Part shown: positions 38,832 through 51,965 of the stretch, piece by piece
Layout: each line of letters begins with the position of its first letter
Numbering within the stretch: the stretch's first letter is position 1
Source: Sphaerodactylus townsendi
Taxonomy: Eukaryota
Direction of reading: 5' to 3'
Assembly (NCBI RefSeq): GCF_021028975.2
Contig: NC_059435.1
Span: 78,368,001 to 78,432,000 of the forward strand
Length of the DNA: 64,000 bases
Notes under the pieces: generated by a model
Database searches by the model: none
Told to the model about the DNA's origin: nothing
What the model saw: only the letters and a program-made list of their open reading frames with translations
Translations under genes and position numbers: made by a program

Positions 38832-39424
38832 GTCCTGCCTCCTATGACTGGCAGCCACTCCCCAGGAGGTCAGGTGGAGTTGCTGGCCCCTCCCACCACC
38901 CAGCGCCTGGCCCCTCCCAGTGGGGATGCTTCTGGGCACCTTCTGCTCTGCCGCTGACCAGAGCTGAACTGGCAGCAACTGAGAAAAAAAACGGGCTGAC
39001 GAAAATGTCGACTGAGAGTGTGACGGAGGTGAGAAAGCAGGCACATCCGGAACGCCAGCCACAGCTGATGTTGCCCAGAACTGCCAGGGACTGAGCGGGT
39101 GCTCAGCGGTTCTGATGAGTTCTCCTTGCCCCGTTCCTGTGGGGAGGGCTAGATTAGAAGGGAGCAAACAGCTTAGGAAGGTTTGTGGCTGAGCAGGATT
39201 AGCACCTCAGGCACCAGCAGCACACGCTCTTACACGCCACACTGTTTCTGCAGCAACCCGTAGACGTGGGTGTGGGAAAATGGGCACGTGCCTCCACAGG
39301 CACACACAGCCAGAGGGAGAGGGAGAGCTCAGCCCCTGCGGGCCCTTCCGGAGGCTGGGAGGACCATCCCCAGGGGAGCCTCTCCCTGGGACCAGGGCCA
39401 GCCTTGCAGCATCCATCGAAGGGG

Positions 39425-42400
39425 CTACGGCTCAGCCTCTTGCTTGACGGGCCTCTCCTTCATGCCGTGGGCCGCCTGGTGCTCCAGGAGTTTGTCCGCG
39501 GAGCCGAAGGAGCGGCGGCACTGTGGGCAGGGGAAGGGCCTGCCGCCTCGCCGATGCTGCCTGCTGTGTGCCACAAGGCTGGTCCGGCTGGGGAAGCTGC
39601 GGCCGCAGTCGGGGCAGGGGAAGGGCAGCTCGCCCGTGTGCAGCCTCTGGTGGGTGAGGAGGTTCCCGTGGCGGCTGAAGGTCTTTCCGCAGACGTGGCA
39701 GGCGTGGCTCCCATCCTGCGCAGTGTGCGTCCTCTGGTGCACCTGCAAGCTCTCCTTCCAGCTGAAGCTCTCCCCGCACTTGGTGCAGAGGAAGGGTCTC
39801 TCCTCCCTCTTGATGCCAGCTCCAGCTTGGTGACTCCTCCTGTGCTGCCAGCTTGGCTTGCCAAAGGCCATGCCGCCGCGTGGTGGGAGCACCGATGGCC
39901 CCGCCACGCATCCGCTTGTAGCCCTTTCAGCAATGGCCTCCCAGGTGCCTCTTGTGCCTGAAGAGCAGGCTTCCAGGAGCCGTGCAGTGGGTGGAGGCCC
40001 CTCATGGCGCTGGCTCGCCTGCGCCGAGAACTGGAGTCCTCCTTTGAGGCAGAACTGGCCCCCCAGGGCCTGGGCAGGCGTGCCGCTTCTTCCCACGGTG
40101 CTTCTTGTGGCTCAGGAGGTTGAGGTGGTGCTGGAAGAGTTTCCCACACGAGGTGCAGGTGAAAGGGCCCTTCTCCTCTCTGTGGAGGCCCTGGTGCTCG
40201 CACAAGGAGGCCATGTCCTCAAAGCTCCTCCCGCACTCGCAGATCTGCAACTCCGCCTGCCCCAGGGATCCCGCCCCCAGAGAGCCCCGGCCCTCCTTCC
40301 ATGCCCAGGGGCCAGGTGAGGCGCTCCCTGCAGCGTCTGGCAGCTTCGACTCACTCCAGCTGGGGCACGCCTTCAGGAGACTGGCATCTGCTGCCAAGGC
40401 AGCACCGTTTGGGGACACCAGGGGGCGCCAGTCCTCAGTGGCTGGATCCTGCGCGCTTGGGCTCCCGGTAGCTGTGGGGAGACAGACAGGAAATCCCTCT
40501 GTGAGAACCAGGGGCGTAATGCCCATTGGGCAAGGTGGGCAGCTGCCCAGGGCAACACCTTGTGGGGGCATCAAAATGCAGGGTTCGTTTTTGGCATTTT
40601 GGCGTTTTCATTTTGGCCTGCAGAGCAGTTTTAGTGGCGACACCAAAATTTCAGCGTAACATCAGGAGACTGTCCTTATGCTACCCCCCCAAGTTTGGTG
40701 AGGTTTGGTTCAGGGAGTCCAAAGTTATACCTTTGGACTCCTGGTTTCGCTCACCAAACTTTGAAGGGCTGCGATCTCCCTGATGATACCTGAAATTTGG
40801 TGCTGATATCAATCTACAAATGCGCCTGCGAGCCTAATGTCCTGGTGCAAAAAAAAAATGTGGTTGTGGTGGAGTGGCCGCCCATTGGGGAGGGGGGAGC
40901 ATCCAACTCAGGTTTTGCCCAGGGCTCCAGTTTGCCTCATTACACCCTTGGTGAGAACTGGCATGGAGTGGCAGCACTGGCGTAGCTCCAATGGGGACAT
41001 CCGGGGCGGTCCGCCCCGGGCGGGCTCCTGCCAGGTCACGTGGGGGGCGGCAGCGTCGGCTGCCGGCTGCCGGTTATGGCTGGGCTGCTGGGGGCGGATG
41101 TGCAGCCGAGGCAGGCCTCCTGGTGGGCGTGCTGAGGCTGCCTGAGGGGCAGGGAGTTTGAGGGGGCGGGCCCACAGCTTGAACAGGCACCACATGTGAC
41201 CTGTGGCTAGCATATGGCCTGAAGAGGAGCAGCAACGGAAAGGCTGCTGTAAAGGGAGCCCTTTCCACTTCTGTGAGCCACCAGCAGTCCCTAAGCGCCT
41301 GCCTGCCGGAGCCTGAAGACGAGCAACAGGTCAGGTAAGCAGCACGCAGGCACTGGCTGGCAGGCAGCCAGACTGGCCTTGGATCGATCTGGCGAGGCTG
41401 GGCAGGGCTGCAACGCGACACCCGCTGTTGGGAGGGTGGGGGGGGTGGCCTGGGCTGACTCTCTCTTCCTCCCCAGGGTTGCTCTGGGGGGGTGTTTGAA
41501 AGCTTCCATGGCCAGCAGGGCCTTTGCAAGGATTTTTCTCCTGTAAAGAGCCTGCAAGAAAGTCTCAGCTCTCCGGGAGAAAAATCGCTTGCAGAAGGCC
41601 ATGGAGCCAAACACCCCCCAGAGCAGCCGAGGGCAGCCCCAGCCAGGTCTCTGATCCTGTGATCTCAATTTGTGAAGAGAGGTCCTTGATAGATGGACTT
41701 GAGTGTGGAGACAGGACCTTGAAAAATGGATTCTAGAGTTTGGTATCAGTATTATGCAGTATGTTGTGAGAGAATCCTCAAGATGGGAACTCTTGGTGTT
41801 TTTACTGAAATGTTTATGATTCCAAGAATAGTTCCCACAGTATAAAGATAATAAAGGCATGTGACTGTAACAAATCTATACCATGGAAGACTAATTCCAA
41901 CGTATTGTACAGAAATATTTGTATTTTATTTCAAGTTAAGTTATTTTATAAAGAATAATTTATTTTAAGCTATTCCAAGTTTTCTAAGTTACATTATTTC
42001 TAAAGACTGTGAATTCATGTTAGTAAGTGCCTTACATTGTTATTGTTAAAATTTGCCCCTTTCTCTCCTTCCTTTCCTTCCTGGCTCTGTACTGTATTTC
42101 TAATGCTGGGGGGCAACTGGGGGTGCTGGATATAACACCATAAAACATTTTCATAGCAGTAATAAAACATTTTGAAAGCATTTTGAGAATGTTTTCAACA
42201 TTTTTTATTTCTGCTGTGTGGCATGGCCCATTGCTGTGTTCTGTTCAGATTTGTGAGTTAGGACATGTTCTATAATGAGCTGGTGACTTTGAGATGACCT
42301 GGTGCAAAAAATCATTCATTGGTAGTAGTGGTGGAGGGCAGCTGCCCATATCGGGGGGGGGGGGGGGGGCTCAGATTTCGTCCCGGGCTACATTTTTCCT

Positions 42401-45400
42401 AGCTACGCCCCTGAGTGGCAGGGCCGGGCCTTGGTTTGCCATGTGACCCAAACGCACCCTGCAGGGTGGCAGGACTTCCATCAAAAAAGAACCCTTCCCA
42501 CCTCCCTCGAAGTCCCAAAGTGGAGGAAGGGGGGCACAAGGGGGTGCAGATCTCCCCCCCCCTCTAAGAGCAGGAAGAGGAGCCCTGGGGCAGAAAGAGA
42601 TCTGGAGGGGGCTTGGGGGCGAGGAGGAAGGGGGGATTCCCCCTCACAGCACTGCAGGGCTCCTCCCCTCCCCCCCAGACCCCTGCTGGGCCAGGATGTT
42701 TTGGGGACTGCAGAGAAGTCGGGGGGGGGACCCCGTGCAGAAGGAGAAGGCTGGATCTTGCACATAGGGGGCGTTTTTCTTGCCCCAACATCAGCCAAAG
42801 CCCCCGGGGGGCGGGGTTGTAAGTGTTGATATGACAATTGCTGACGTAAAGCAAACCCTCCCAAAGCCATTTCCCTTCCCAGCAATGGAAGTGGAGGGAG
42901 GGGGAATGACCCCCAGAGAGACTAGGCAGAGAAAACGCAAGGAAAGCAATGAGGGGGCAGCCCCACTGCCTCTGCGCTGACTTGGCAGCTTCAGCACCAG
43001 TGCAGAAACCCTTGTGGAAGAGGCCTCAGATGCGGGAAACACTGGGACAGGCCCAGCCCAGCCAGCCTCTCTGCCCCCCCCCCCCCGCCCCACGGCCTCA
43101 GCCAAAGCAACCTCTCAGTGGTTTGGGAGCAGGATGGTGTCACTCACCGGAAATGGGGGTCCTGCAGGCATCCATTCCCCCCTGCCCAGGGAGACCCAGG
43201 GCACAGGGCTCTCCCCCTTGCTCCATTTTGCAAATCAGCTCTGGTTTGGGAAGCATTTGGGACCCTGCAAGAGGGAGAACGAGAGGTTGGAATTTGCTAT
43301 CCCTGGAGCAGCATCTGGGCATGAGAGGACGCAGCCCCCCTGGCATCGCAGACAGCGGAAGCACCTGGGGCGCAAGAGACCTTTCCCAAGAGACCCAGCA
43401 CCCCCGCCTGGGCTGCTCCCGATACACCCTTGGGCAGCAGGAACCGCAGCCAGGAGCCCATTCACATTTTATCAAAAACCAACCATTTAACTTTTGCGTC
43501 AAACTGTCAGGGTCACGACCCTCACCTAAGCCTCTGTTGCATGATAAGTTTCTGTTTCCTAGTTCTCCCCATTCCCGCCACTGGGAAGGACCGCCCACTC
43601 CTACCTGTATATATACTGGAACGGAGGGCAAGAACCCTCAGTTCCAGCACCCTGTATCTTAGGGCAACACAAATCAATAAAGTTCGTTTCTTTGTTTCAA
43701 AGTCGACTTTGTCTGAGTGTGTCCAGCCTTACACAAACCCTCTTGTGGAAAACCCATTTGGCAGGAGGGGGCTGGTCTTGCTCTGGAAAAAAAGGAGTCT
43801 AAGGTCCTGATCCGACTGCCTTTTCCAAGGGCTTGTCCAGTGAAAAAGGCCCGTGCTTCTCCCATTCAGAGAAGGGACAGAGGCGGAGAGGATACAGCTT
43901 GCCTGTAAGGGGAAACTCAGTCCTGCCGAGGTGGGCTTCACTTCTTGGATGGGCTGGGAGGGGCCACCCTGGTTCAAGCTAAATTCCCACACTTTGGGAA
44001 GCAGCCACAGCCAGGACCTGGGTGGGGGCAAGCCGGCCCCTTCTCGGAGCCCCCAGAACACTCATCCACCCGCCCCCGTCCACGATTGTATTTTGAGCAC
44101 ATGGCATTGGCAGACCACTTTGGGCATTTGGGGTCTGGACAGCTTAAAATAAACGCAGGGTATGAAAAAGCCTTGGTGGTCTCCTGCAGCTCCAGCTGAC
44201 CCTCCTGTTGCCATGTCCAACATGCTCAGTCCAGCTGGCTCTTGGCCCCAAGAAGGTGCCCCAAAACTGCCCTGGACAGAGCTGCCGCCTTCAGAAACAA
44301 AACCCCACCCATCCGAACAGCCACAAGACCTTTTCCTTCCCAGCACACACACACATACACCCCCGCCCGCCAGCCCTCACCTAGCGAGGCCACCAGGTCA
44401 AAGTTGTCTTCCATGACCTCCTGGTACAGGTGCCTTTGCCAGGCTGTCAGCATCGCCCACTCCTCCAGGGAGAAATAGAGCACCACGTCCTCAAACGTCA
44501 CCACGACCTGGAAGAGAAAGAGGAGCCCCATCGGGCACAGGGTCCAGCATCGACCTCTGGGGGGGGGGGGAACCGTGGCCGATGCTCATGGGGCCCTAGA
44601 CCAGTGGTGGCGAACCTCTGGCACTCCAGATGTTATGGACTACAATTACCATCAGCCATGATGCCAGGGGCTGATGGGAATTGTAGTCCATAACATCTGG
44701 AGTGTCAGAGGTTCGCCACCATGGCCCTAGACCACCTTCCGACACGGCAGCCTCTGCCACAGTCCCTTCTCAGAGCGAGGCAGAACTCTGCCATGTAAAG
44801 AACCCGTTTTCAGTGCCAGGTCTGAGCACACGTGTGGCCACGACCCGTCCTTATGATCAGGGTGGATTTGATTGACACCCAATCAATTTAAATCATGATT
44901 TAATTCACTAGTCTGTAAGATTGGATTCAAATGTATACATGAGGATTCAATTTTGCTGGCATAACTTTGATAGGGTGTTGTGGGTTTTCTGGGTTGTATG
45001 GCTGTGTTCTGAAAAACCCACAAGACTCTTGGTGATTCCGGCCGTGAAAGCCTCCGACAATATATAATTTTGATATTCACAACCAGATGCACCTCTCTGT
45101 TCCGCATTGGCGCCTACTTCCGGGCACGGCAATTCAAGAAGGAGACTGACAAGCTGGAACGGGTCCAGAGGAGGGCCACCAGAATGGTAAATGGCTTTCT
45201 GCATGAGATGCATGATGGTCCACTTGGACTATTTTTACACAGATTTTTTTCTCACAAAAAGCATTTTATTTTAAAAAATCCAACTGTTTTGATCTGATGT
45301 TTGTCCCTCAGGCAAGTGGGGGCCCCTGCTGCTCCGGCCGCCTCCTTGCAAAGATGCAGCAGCAGCAGCAGCAGGAGGGCTACAAGGCGTCCGGTGGGGG

Positions 45401-45998
45401 CGGCCAAAGGACACTTTTTCAGGGGGGCGGGGGGAGGTCCCGAAGCGCCCCCAGAGGCATCCGCCTTGTGGCCGCAGCTGCGGGCAGGCGGGCTGGCCGA
45501 GGCTGCCGGCGGGGTCGTCGGAGGCGGCTGCTTCTGGCCGGGACCCCTGGAGCCCGGACGGCTGCCCGCCAGTGCTGGGAGTGTGCGTGGCCGTGTGCGG
45601 GGGGGGGGGGGGGGGCTCTGTTGGGCAGCTCTCGGGGGAGGGGGCGCCGCGCAGGGCTGGAGGGCAGGCAGGCAGGCAGCGGGCGGGGGGGTCTCTCTGC
45701 CTGCGCTTGGCCGCTGCGCCCCCCCCCCCCGTGGCAGGCGAGCAGGAGAGGGGGGAGGGCTGATGGCCTCCTCTGGGGCTCGCGGCCGGCCGCCTTGCCC
45801 TGCGGAGGGGCAGCCCGAGGGGCCCGTCCTTCCCGGGAGCTGGGGGTGGGTGGGGGGGCGCCGTGTCCGGCGGAGCCCTTGGGGGCGAGGGGCGCACGTG
45901 GCGTCGCAGGGCCGGTGGGGGGGGGGGCAGCGCCCGGGAAGAGGCGGCCCTTCGCCTTCCTGCCCCCCGCCTACCTTGGCGGCGTCCTCCGCGGCCAT
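39425..45998 (-). CDS. KRAB-C2H2 zinc-finger protein; exons 45975-45998 (MAAEDAAK), 44381-44507 (KRAB-A), 43148-43264 (KRAB-B), 39425-40471 (fingers; frameshift patch ~39840-40080)
   Basis: 127-nt KRAB-A exon [34 protein letters not shown]; [19 protein letters not shown]; phases 0,1,1 agree. About six readable fingers lie in two frames, with damaged finger remnants between them. Confidence 0.85.
40509..40950. mobile_element. Non-autonomous hAT element, 36 bp from the final-exon acceptor
   Basis: TIRs CAGGGGCGTAATG / CATTACACCCTTG; perfect TSD GTGAGAAC. Confidence 0.85.
40975..42413. mobile_element. Non-autonomous hAT element (1.4 kb) with an AT-rich internal segment
   Basis: TIRs CACTGGCGTAGCT / AGCTACGCCCCTG; perfect TSD AGTGGCAG. 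Confidence 0.8.
43505..43733 (+). mobile_element. Solo LTR (229 bp) between the KRAB-A and KRAB-B exons
   Basis: TGTCAGG...CCTTACA termini, 5-bp TSD CAAAC, internal TATATATA and AATAAA. Confidence 0.7.
44602..44724. mobile_element. Palindromic hAT-type MITE
   Basis: Foldback; perfect TSD CCCTAGAC. Confidence 0.88.
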
Positions 45999-46250
45999 CT
46001 CCGCCGGGCGCTGCGGGGGGCTGCGGAGCGTTGCGGGCCTCCTCGCCTCCTCCTTCCCCGCCGCCACCGTCACCGGACGAGCTCAGCAGCGCCGCCGGGC
46101 TGCGGGGAGGAGGCGCGCGGGCGGTGCCCGAGGGAGCGGTCCCGGCTGGCTGGCTGCCCACGGGGAACCTCCAGGGGCAGAGGCAGTCTACCAGTGGGGG
46201 GCAGGGGAGGTCCTGCGCAGGCCCTGGCCGATTCCACCAGTGGCCTTTAG
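45300..46250. promoter_or_regulatory. CpG island over the first exon and promoter of the KRAB-ZNF gene
   Basis: Dense CpG and GC boxes around the ATG at 45998. Confidence 0.8.
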
Positions 46251-46442
46251 GACCCCCCCCCCTTCATCCCCCGCAGCTCTCGGGAGTTCCCAGGGCGGCT
46301 GGCACTGCAGGATACAGCAACTGTGTGTCGCCCAGGGCCCCTCCCTGGAAAGCCCCTGCTAACCCACCACCACTGACCAGGAGGACCCCCAAGACTGAGA
46401 AGGCCCCCTGCCAGCCCCATACCAGAGCAGTCACTAAGTAAC

Positions 46443-47660
46443 TGATACCCAACCTGGTGGCCGCCCTGCAGTCTCCCCCCCGGGGAAAGAGATCAAAAAC
46501 CCCACAGAAATAGATTGTACTAAGTGGGGCAAAAAAGGCCTCTATGAAAAGCTTTTTTGTAAAAGGGGAGGGGGGAGGGGGGAGGCAAAGGGCGGCTGGG
46601 TTCAAAAGGGGGTGGGGAAACACACGACTGCCGCAACAGACAGCAGGGCAGTGGTGGTTCTAACAAAGCTAACCACATGACCTGTGCTGTGGCTGGTTCC
46701 TCAGAGCTGGTGCAGAGTTCCTTGTGGCTACAAGAAGTTGTAGTAGTGTAAGCACAGAAGGAAAAGAGTGAAAGTAAGAAGGAAATAGCAAGTGTTAGAA
46801 AGTAAGAGAGAGAGAGAGATAGAAAAAAGAAAAAGAAAAGGATTTTAGATTTACCAGAAGGTTATTTCTTCCTTCTCCCCATTATTTAGGAAAATAATAG
46901 AGAGAAAAAGGTTCAGGCAAAAATACAGCTTAAAGTCATTTCACAGAATCATGAAAAAGTGTCTTTGTTAAGAGAAGTGCATTCAATGTTCCTGCATTCC
47001 AGAAAAAGATACTTTTTAATGCTTGCGTGCAAGTAAAAGGCTCATGAAAATAATATCTTCAACTAAAGCACAGACCCAGAAAATAGAAATAAAGCATTTA
47101 AATGATTATTTCAACTGAAGTATACACACACACATATATATAACTTAAGCAAGTTTTCTTGAAGACATTTTAGTATTAAAAATTATGGCTCAGAAATAGC
47201 AAAAGGTACTTTGCTTTCCAAAACAGCCCCTGTTGTCTCTTCCCACATTCCAAAGAAAAGATACTTTTACTTAGCAATAAGCTGAGAAAGTGTGTGTGTA
47301 GAGGAAAATAACTGACCTTCAAGCAGAGATTAAAGCAAAGAAAGAGAGTCAAGCTTTCACGTGAGAAACTATATTCTTAAGAATACTATTTTGTAACAAA
47401 TGTATCGCCATGATTAACAAATGATGGGAATATTGAAACTGTCATGAATTGGACAGGGTTTTAGAGCTTTTAAGCAACATTTATGATGCATCAGCTGTCT
47501 TTATCCTATAAGAACTGTGACTTTTGTATACTCAGGGCGACTCCTCTGATTCTAAAGCAGACCCTCTGAGGGTCCGGAATAAAAATTATTTATTTAATAA
47601 GTCCTTGTCGGTTCAAGCTTATTAGCTAACTATTAGTAAACACGTTACTCTGTGGTAACA
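46443..47660 (+). mobile_element. Possible long solo LTR (Gypsy-like)
   Basis: TGATACC...GGTAACA termini, A-rich body, AATAAA near the 3' end; flanks GTAAC/GTAGT match only partly. Confidence 0.4.
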
Positions 47661-49139
47661 GTAGTCCTTACCTCCTGCCCAGTTTTCTGCGGGGCCCCTT
47701 TCCACTGACGCTGAAGATCAGGCAAAATCCCAAACGCCCAAATAATTTGTGTTAAATGGAGTGGGACCCAAGCCAGCCCCCTTTCTCTGAATGACAAGTT
47801 GATTCCTCCGGCCCCACACAAAGCCCCCTCTCTAATGTCAAAGGCTACTTTTACCAATCAGAGCCATCTCCCAGGTAGCCCCACCCCCATCAAGCACTGA
47901 ACTTCCATGACAAATAGCTGGGTCTGGTCCAAACCGGCTCATCCATTGTCCAAAAGGGAGTAAGGGGGGGGGGTGTCCAATGTTGGATAGAAGTGAATGG
48001 CTCCACCTGATGGAATCTCTTGTGGTCCGAGATCCCAGATGCTCCCAAGTGGCACTCCTGGGCCTTAGCAGGTCTTAGGATTTCTGCCACAACAGAGACC
48101 CAAAACAATTAATGACTGACATCCCCCCCTTCATTTTATCCTCACAGTAACCCTGCAAGGTAGGAAAAACTGAGAGCACCTGGCCCAACTTTACCCACTG
48201 AATTTTCATGGCATAGAGGGGAGTTGCTAGCTGGTGGTCAGTTTGGATGCGCTTAGTTTTACCTTCTGAGTTGTGCCTGGCACCACGGAAGATGCCACCA
48301 ACAGTGATGGAGCAGGAGGGGCCACTCCAATTACCTTCACATTTTTGCCTGTAACTCCCATTTTCATCCTGAAGGTGGAGGCAAACTTTCAAACACCTGT
48401 CCTCAATAGTTACTCTGACCATAAAGTAGTTCAGCTTCCATTGCAAATAACATGGGTGTGGAGGGAATAGCTGTTATTTTAAATAGCTGTTATGAGGCAT
48501 TTCTTATTTCTGTTACTAATATGGTGCCCTTTTGATTTATGGACCTTCACAAACAGTCATCAAGCATCTTCTGCGCATGCCTCTCTTCAGGTAGCCCCCT
48601 CCCCATGGCACACAATGGAGGTACTGTGGTATGCATCAGAATATAAGGCCTGCTGGAGCAGACAGAGGGCCCATCTAGTCCAACATCCCATCTATCATCA
48701 TGGCCAACCACTTTCTCTGGCGTTCTAACAGCAGAGCGGAGAGTCCAAGGCCTTCACAAGAACCCCGGAGGAGCCCTGCTGGGTCAGACCAGGGAGGGTC
48801 CATCTAGTCCAGCCAACCAGATCCTCTGGAGATCCAGCAACAGGGCACAGAGGTCGAGGCCTCCCCCTGAAAAGAACCTCAGAAGAGAAACATTAACAAG
48901 AAGGAGCCCTTTCCAATGTTTGAACAATTAATTGCTGGAGCTATAAGAAATTTATTAGGGAAAATTTATAAATTGTTTTTGTAATATGAAACTGGAACAG
49001 GACAACTAAAAGTCTGTATGGTATGATAGATGTCAAATTTTTGGAGAAAACGTAAGTATGAATTAATGGTAGGATCTTTTGATTAAAGAAAGTTCCTTTT
49101 TAGAATGTCAAATGCTAAGAGAAAATTGGTATAAAATGT

Positions 49140-50356
49140 AAATGAATATTTCACTTTTTCTGCCTAAGTGTAGTATCGTACATTTACCTCTGCTGAAATT
49201 CATTTTGTTAGTTTTGGCCCAGCTCTCTAATCTGTCCAGGTCATTTTGAATTCTGACTCTGTCCTCTGGGGTATTAGGCAGAAAAAAAGGAAATGCACAG
49301 AAACAGGATGAGGGACACCTGGCTTGACAGCAATACGCATTAAAGGGATCTGGGAGTCTTAGTGGACCACACACTGAATACCAGTCAGCAGTGTGATGTG
49401 GCAGCCAAGAAAGCCAATTCAATTATGGGATGCATCAATTGGAGTATAGCGTATAGATCGAGGGATTTAATTGTACCTCTGTATTCCGCATTGGTTGGAC
49501 CTCACCTGGAATACTGTGTGCAATTCTGGGCACCACAATTCAAGAAGAAGGAGGAGAAGAAGAGGAGGAGGAGGAGGAAGAAGAAGAAGAAGAGGAGAAG
49601 GAGTAGTTTGGATTTATATCCCACTTTCTCTCCTGTAGGAGACTCAAAGGGGCTGACAAACTCCTTTCCCTTCTTCCCTCACAACAAACACTCTGCGAGG
49701 TGGGTGGGGCTGAGAGAGCTCCGAGAAGCTGTGACTAGCCCAAGGTCACCCAGCTGGCGTGTGTGGGAGTGTACAGGCTAATCTGAATTCCCCAGATAAG
49801 CCTCCACAGTTTAGGTGGCAGAGCGGAGAATCAAACCCGGTTCCTCCAGATTAGATACACGAGCTCTTAACCTCCTACGCCACTGCTGCTCTAGTCAAGA
49901 AGGATAAGAAGGATATTGACAACCTGGACCTGGTTTAGAGTGACCAAAATGGTAAAAGGTGTGGAGTCCCTGCCCTACGAGGACAGACTTAGGGAGGTTG
50001 GGATGTTTGGTGAAGAAAAGGTTAAGAGGTGACATGATAGCCATGATTGATATTTGAAGGGATATCATCATCATCATCATCATCATGTCCAGATGAAGGA
50101 GCAAGCTTGTTTTCTGCTGCTGCAGAAACTAGGACCAGGAGTAATGGGTTCAAGGTGAAGAAAAAGAGATCCCACCTAAACATCAGGAAGAACTTCCTGA
50201 CAGTAAGGGCTGTTCGACAGTGGAATTCACTGCCTCAGAGGTGGAGTCTCCTTCTTTGGAGGTTTTTAAAGAGAGGCTGGATGAACATGTGTTCCTGCCT
50301 GGCAGGGGGTTGGACTTGATGGCCCCTTGGGGTCCCTTCCAACTCTATGATTCTAT
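49140..50356 (+). mobile_element. CR1 LINE 3' region with an inverted piece and a nested SINE
   Basis: [12 protein letters not shown]...[23 protein letters not shown] and KNFLTVRAVRQWNSLP; ends CTCTATGATTCTATG. SINE on the minus strand at ~49600-49893 with an (AAG/GAG)n tail at 49542-49600. Confidence 0.85.
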
Positions 50357-50399
50357 GGATCCCTGGCATTAATCCTCCATGGATGGAAGGGTTGCGGGT

Positions 50400-50736
50400 G
50401 GGAGAGAGGGGCGCCCATAACACGTGTCTCCCGGTGACCCGGAAGGAGGCGTTGCCTTGTCCGGAACAGAAGCCGGACGCGCCCCTCGAGCCACCTCCGG
50501 CACCGCCCCCAATCCGGAGAGGAGGCCTTAGAGTGGCGGGTGCCCTAGCCAACCAGAGGAGGAGGAGGCCGTGAGCCCCTCCGCCCCCTTCTCCACCTCC
50601 CGTGACTGAGGCCACGCCCCCGGGCTTCCGGAGCAGCAGCCGCCCCCCCCCCCCCCCGCGCAGCAGAGCCAGTTGTTGGCCGGGACCGGCTGCGCCTGCG
50701 CGAGAAGACTCCGCTGTCCCCGTCCGGCTTCCGGGC
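50400..50736 (+). promoter_or_regulatory. CpG-island promoter of MRPS12 with NRF1-, ETS/GABP- and CCAAT-like sites
   Basis: TGCGCCTGCGC at 50691-50701, several CCGGAA/TTCCGG, CCAAT at ~50509. Confidence 0.65.
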
Positions 50737-51965
50737 ATGGCCTCCGGCTCCTGGCTGAGGGCGCTGGCGGCTCCCCTGCGGTGGGGTACGTGGTGGCAAC
50801 TCCCGGCGGGGGGTCTTTGGGGACGGGCTGGAGGCGGCGGAGAGGTTGATGCAGGGATGCAGCTGGCGGGGGCGGGGGAGAGGCCTGACAGCCTCCCCCC
50901 CCCCCCAATGCCTCCGCTCGGGGCCCCCCCTTGCATTAAGAGGCCGAATCCTCTGCCGGGGGGGCGGCCTGGACTGGTGAGTCCGCAGCAGCATCGCCAG
51001 GCCAGACGCGGGGAGGGGGCCGAGCCGAGCCTGCAGCCCAGGCGGGGAGGGGGCGTGCTTGGACTGGGCCGCCAGCAGTGGGTGGGTGCCTCAGCTGGCT
51101 CGTAGGCCGGATCTGGCCCCGCCCGGGGCATGGCCGACACCCCAAGGCAAGAGTTCACTGTCGGCAGCCTCCACCTCCTGACCTTGGGCTTCCTTGGAGG
51201 CCTCCCCTCCAACCACTAGGCAGGGTCTGTCCTGCTTTGCTTCTGAGATCTCACAAGATCAGGCTGGTCAGGGCAGCTACAGGCACCGATAGAAACACAC
51301 ACCGGCGTGGGGGGGGGGGGAGGTGCATCCGTAGCTGATTAGCAGGATGGCTAAAGAGAACCTCCACACTTCAAGGCAGTCACCCTCTGGATCCCAGAGC
51401 CAGGAAACAACATCAGGGGAAGGCCTTGGCCTCTCTGCCCTGCTGCTGGACCTCCAGAGGAACTGGTCGGCCACCGTGTGAGATGGGGTGCTGGGCTGGG
51501 TGGGGCCCCCTCTCTCCCCCCCAGTCTGATCCCACAGGGCTCTCCTTCTCTCCCTCCCTCCCTCCCACAGGCTGTTCTGCCGCCCTCCTGCGGCCTCCGG
51601 CGCTCACCTCAGCAGGCCCTGCAAGAGCTTCCATGGCCACCCTCAACCAAATGCACCGCTCGGGTCCCCGCAGGCGGCCCCCGCCCAAGCCCGGCCCCAC
51701 CGACGGCTGTCCGCAGCTGAAGGCCGTGGTGCTGAAGACGTTCACCCGCAAGCCCAAGAAGCCCAACTCGGCCAACCGGAAGTGCGCCCGCGTCCGCCTC
51801 AGCACCGGCAAGGAGGCCGTCTGCTTCATCCCTGGGGAGGGCCACAACCTGCAGGAGCACAGCATTGTGATGGTGGAGGGGGGCCGCACCCAGGACCTGC
51901 CCGGCGTCAAGCTGAAGGTGGTGCGCGGCAAGTACGACTGCGCCCACGTCATCAAGAAGAAGTGA
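50737..51965 (+). CDS. MRPS12: Mitochondrial ribosomal protein uS12m, exons 50737-50785 and 51571-51965, 147 aa
   Basis: [52 protein letters not shown]; phase-1 GT-AG intron after a 49-nt presequence exon; AATAAA at 52073-52078. Confidence 0.96.

Noticed and set aside
45252-46441. Long ORFs on both strands
   Set aside because: CpG island; only the 24-nt first coding exon is supported.
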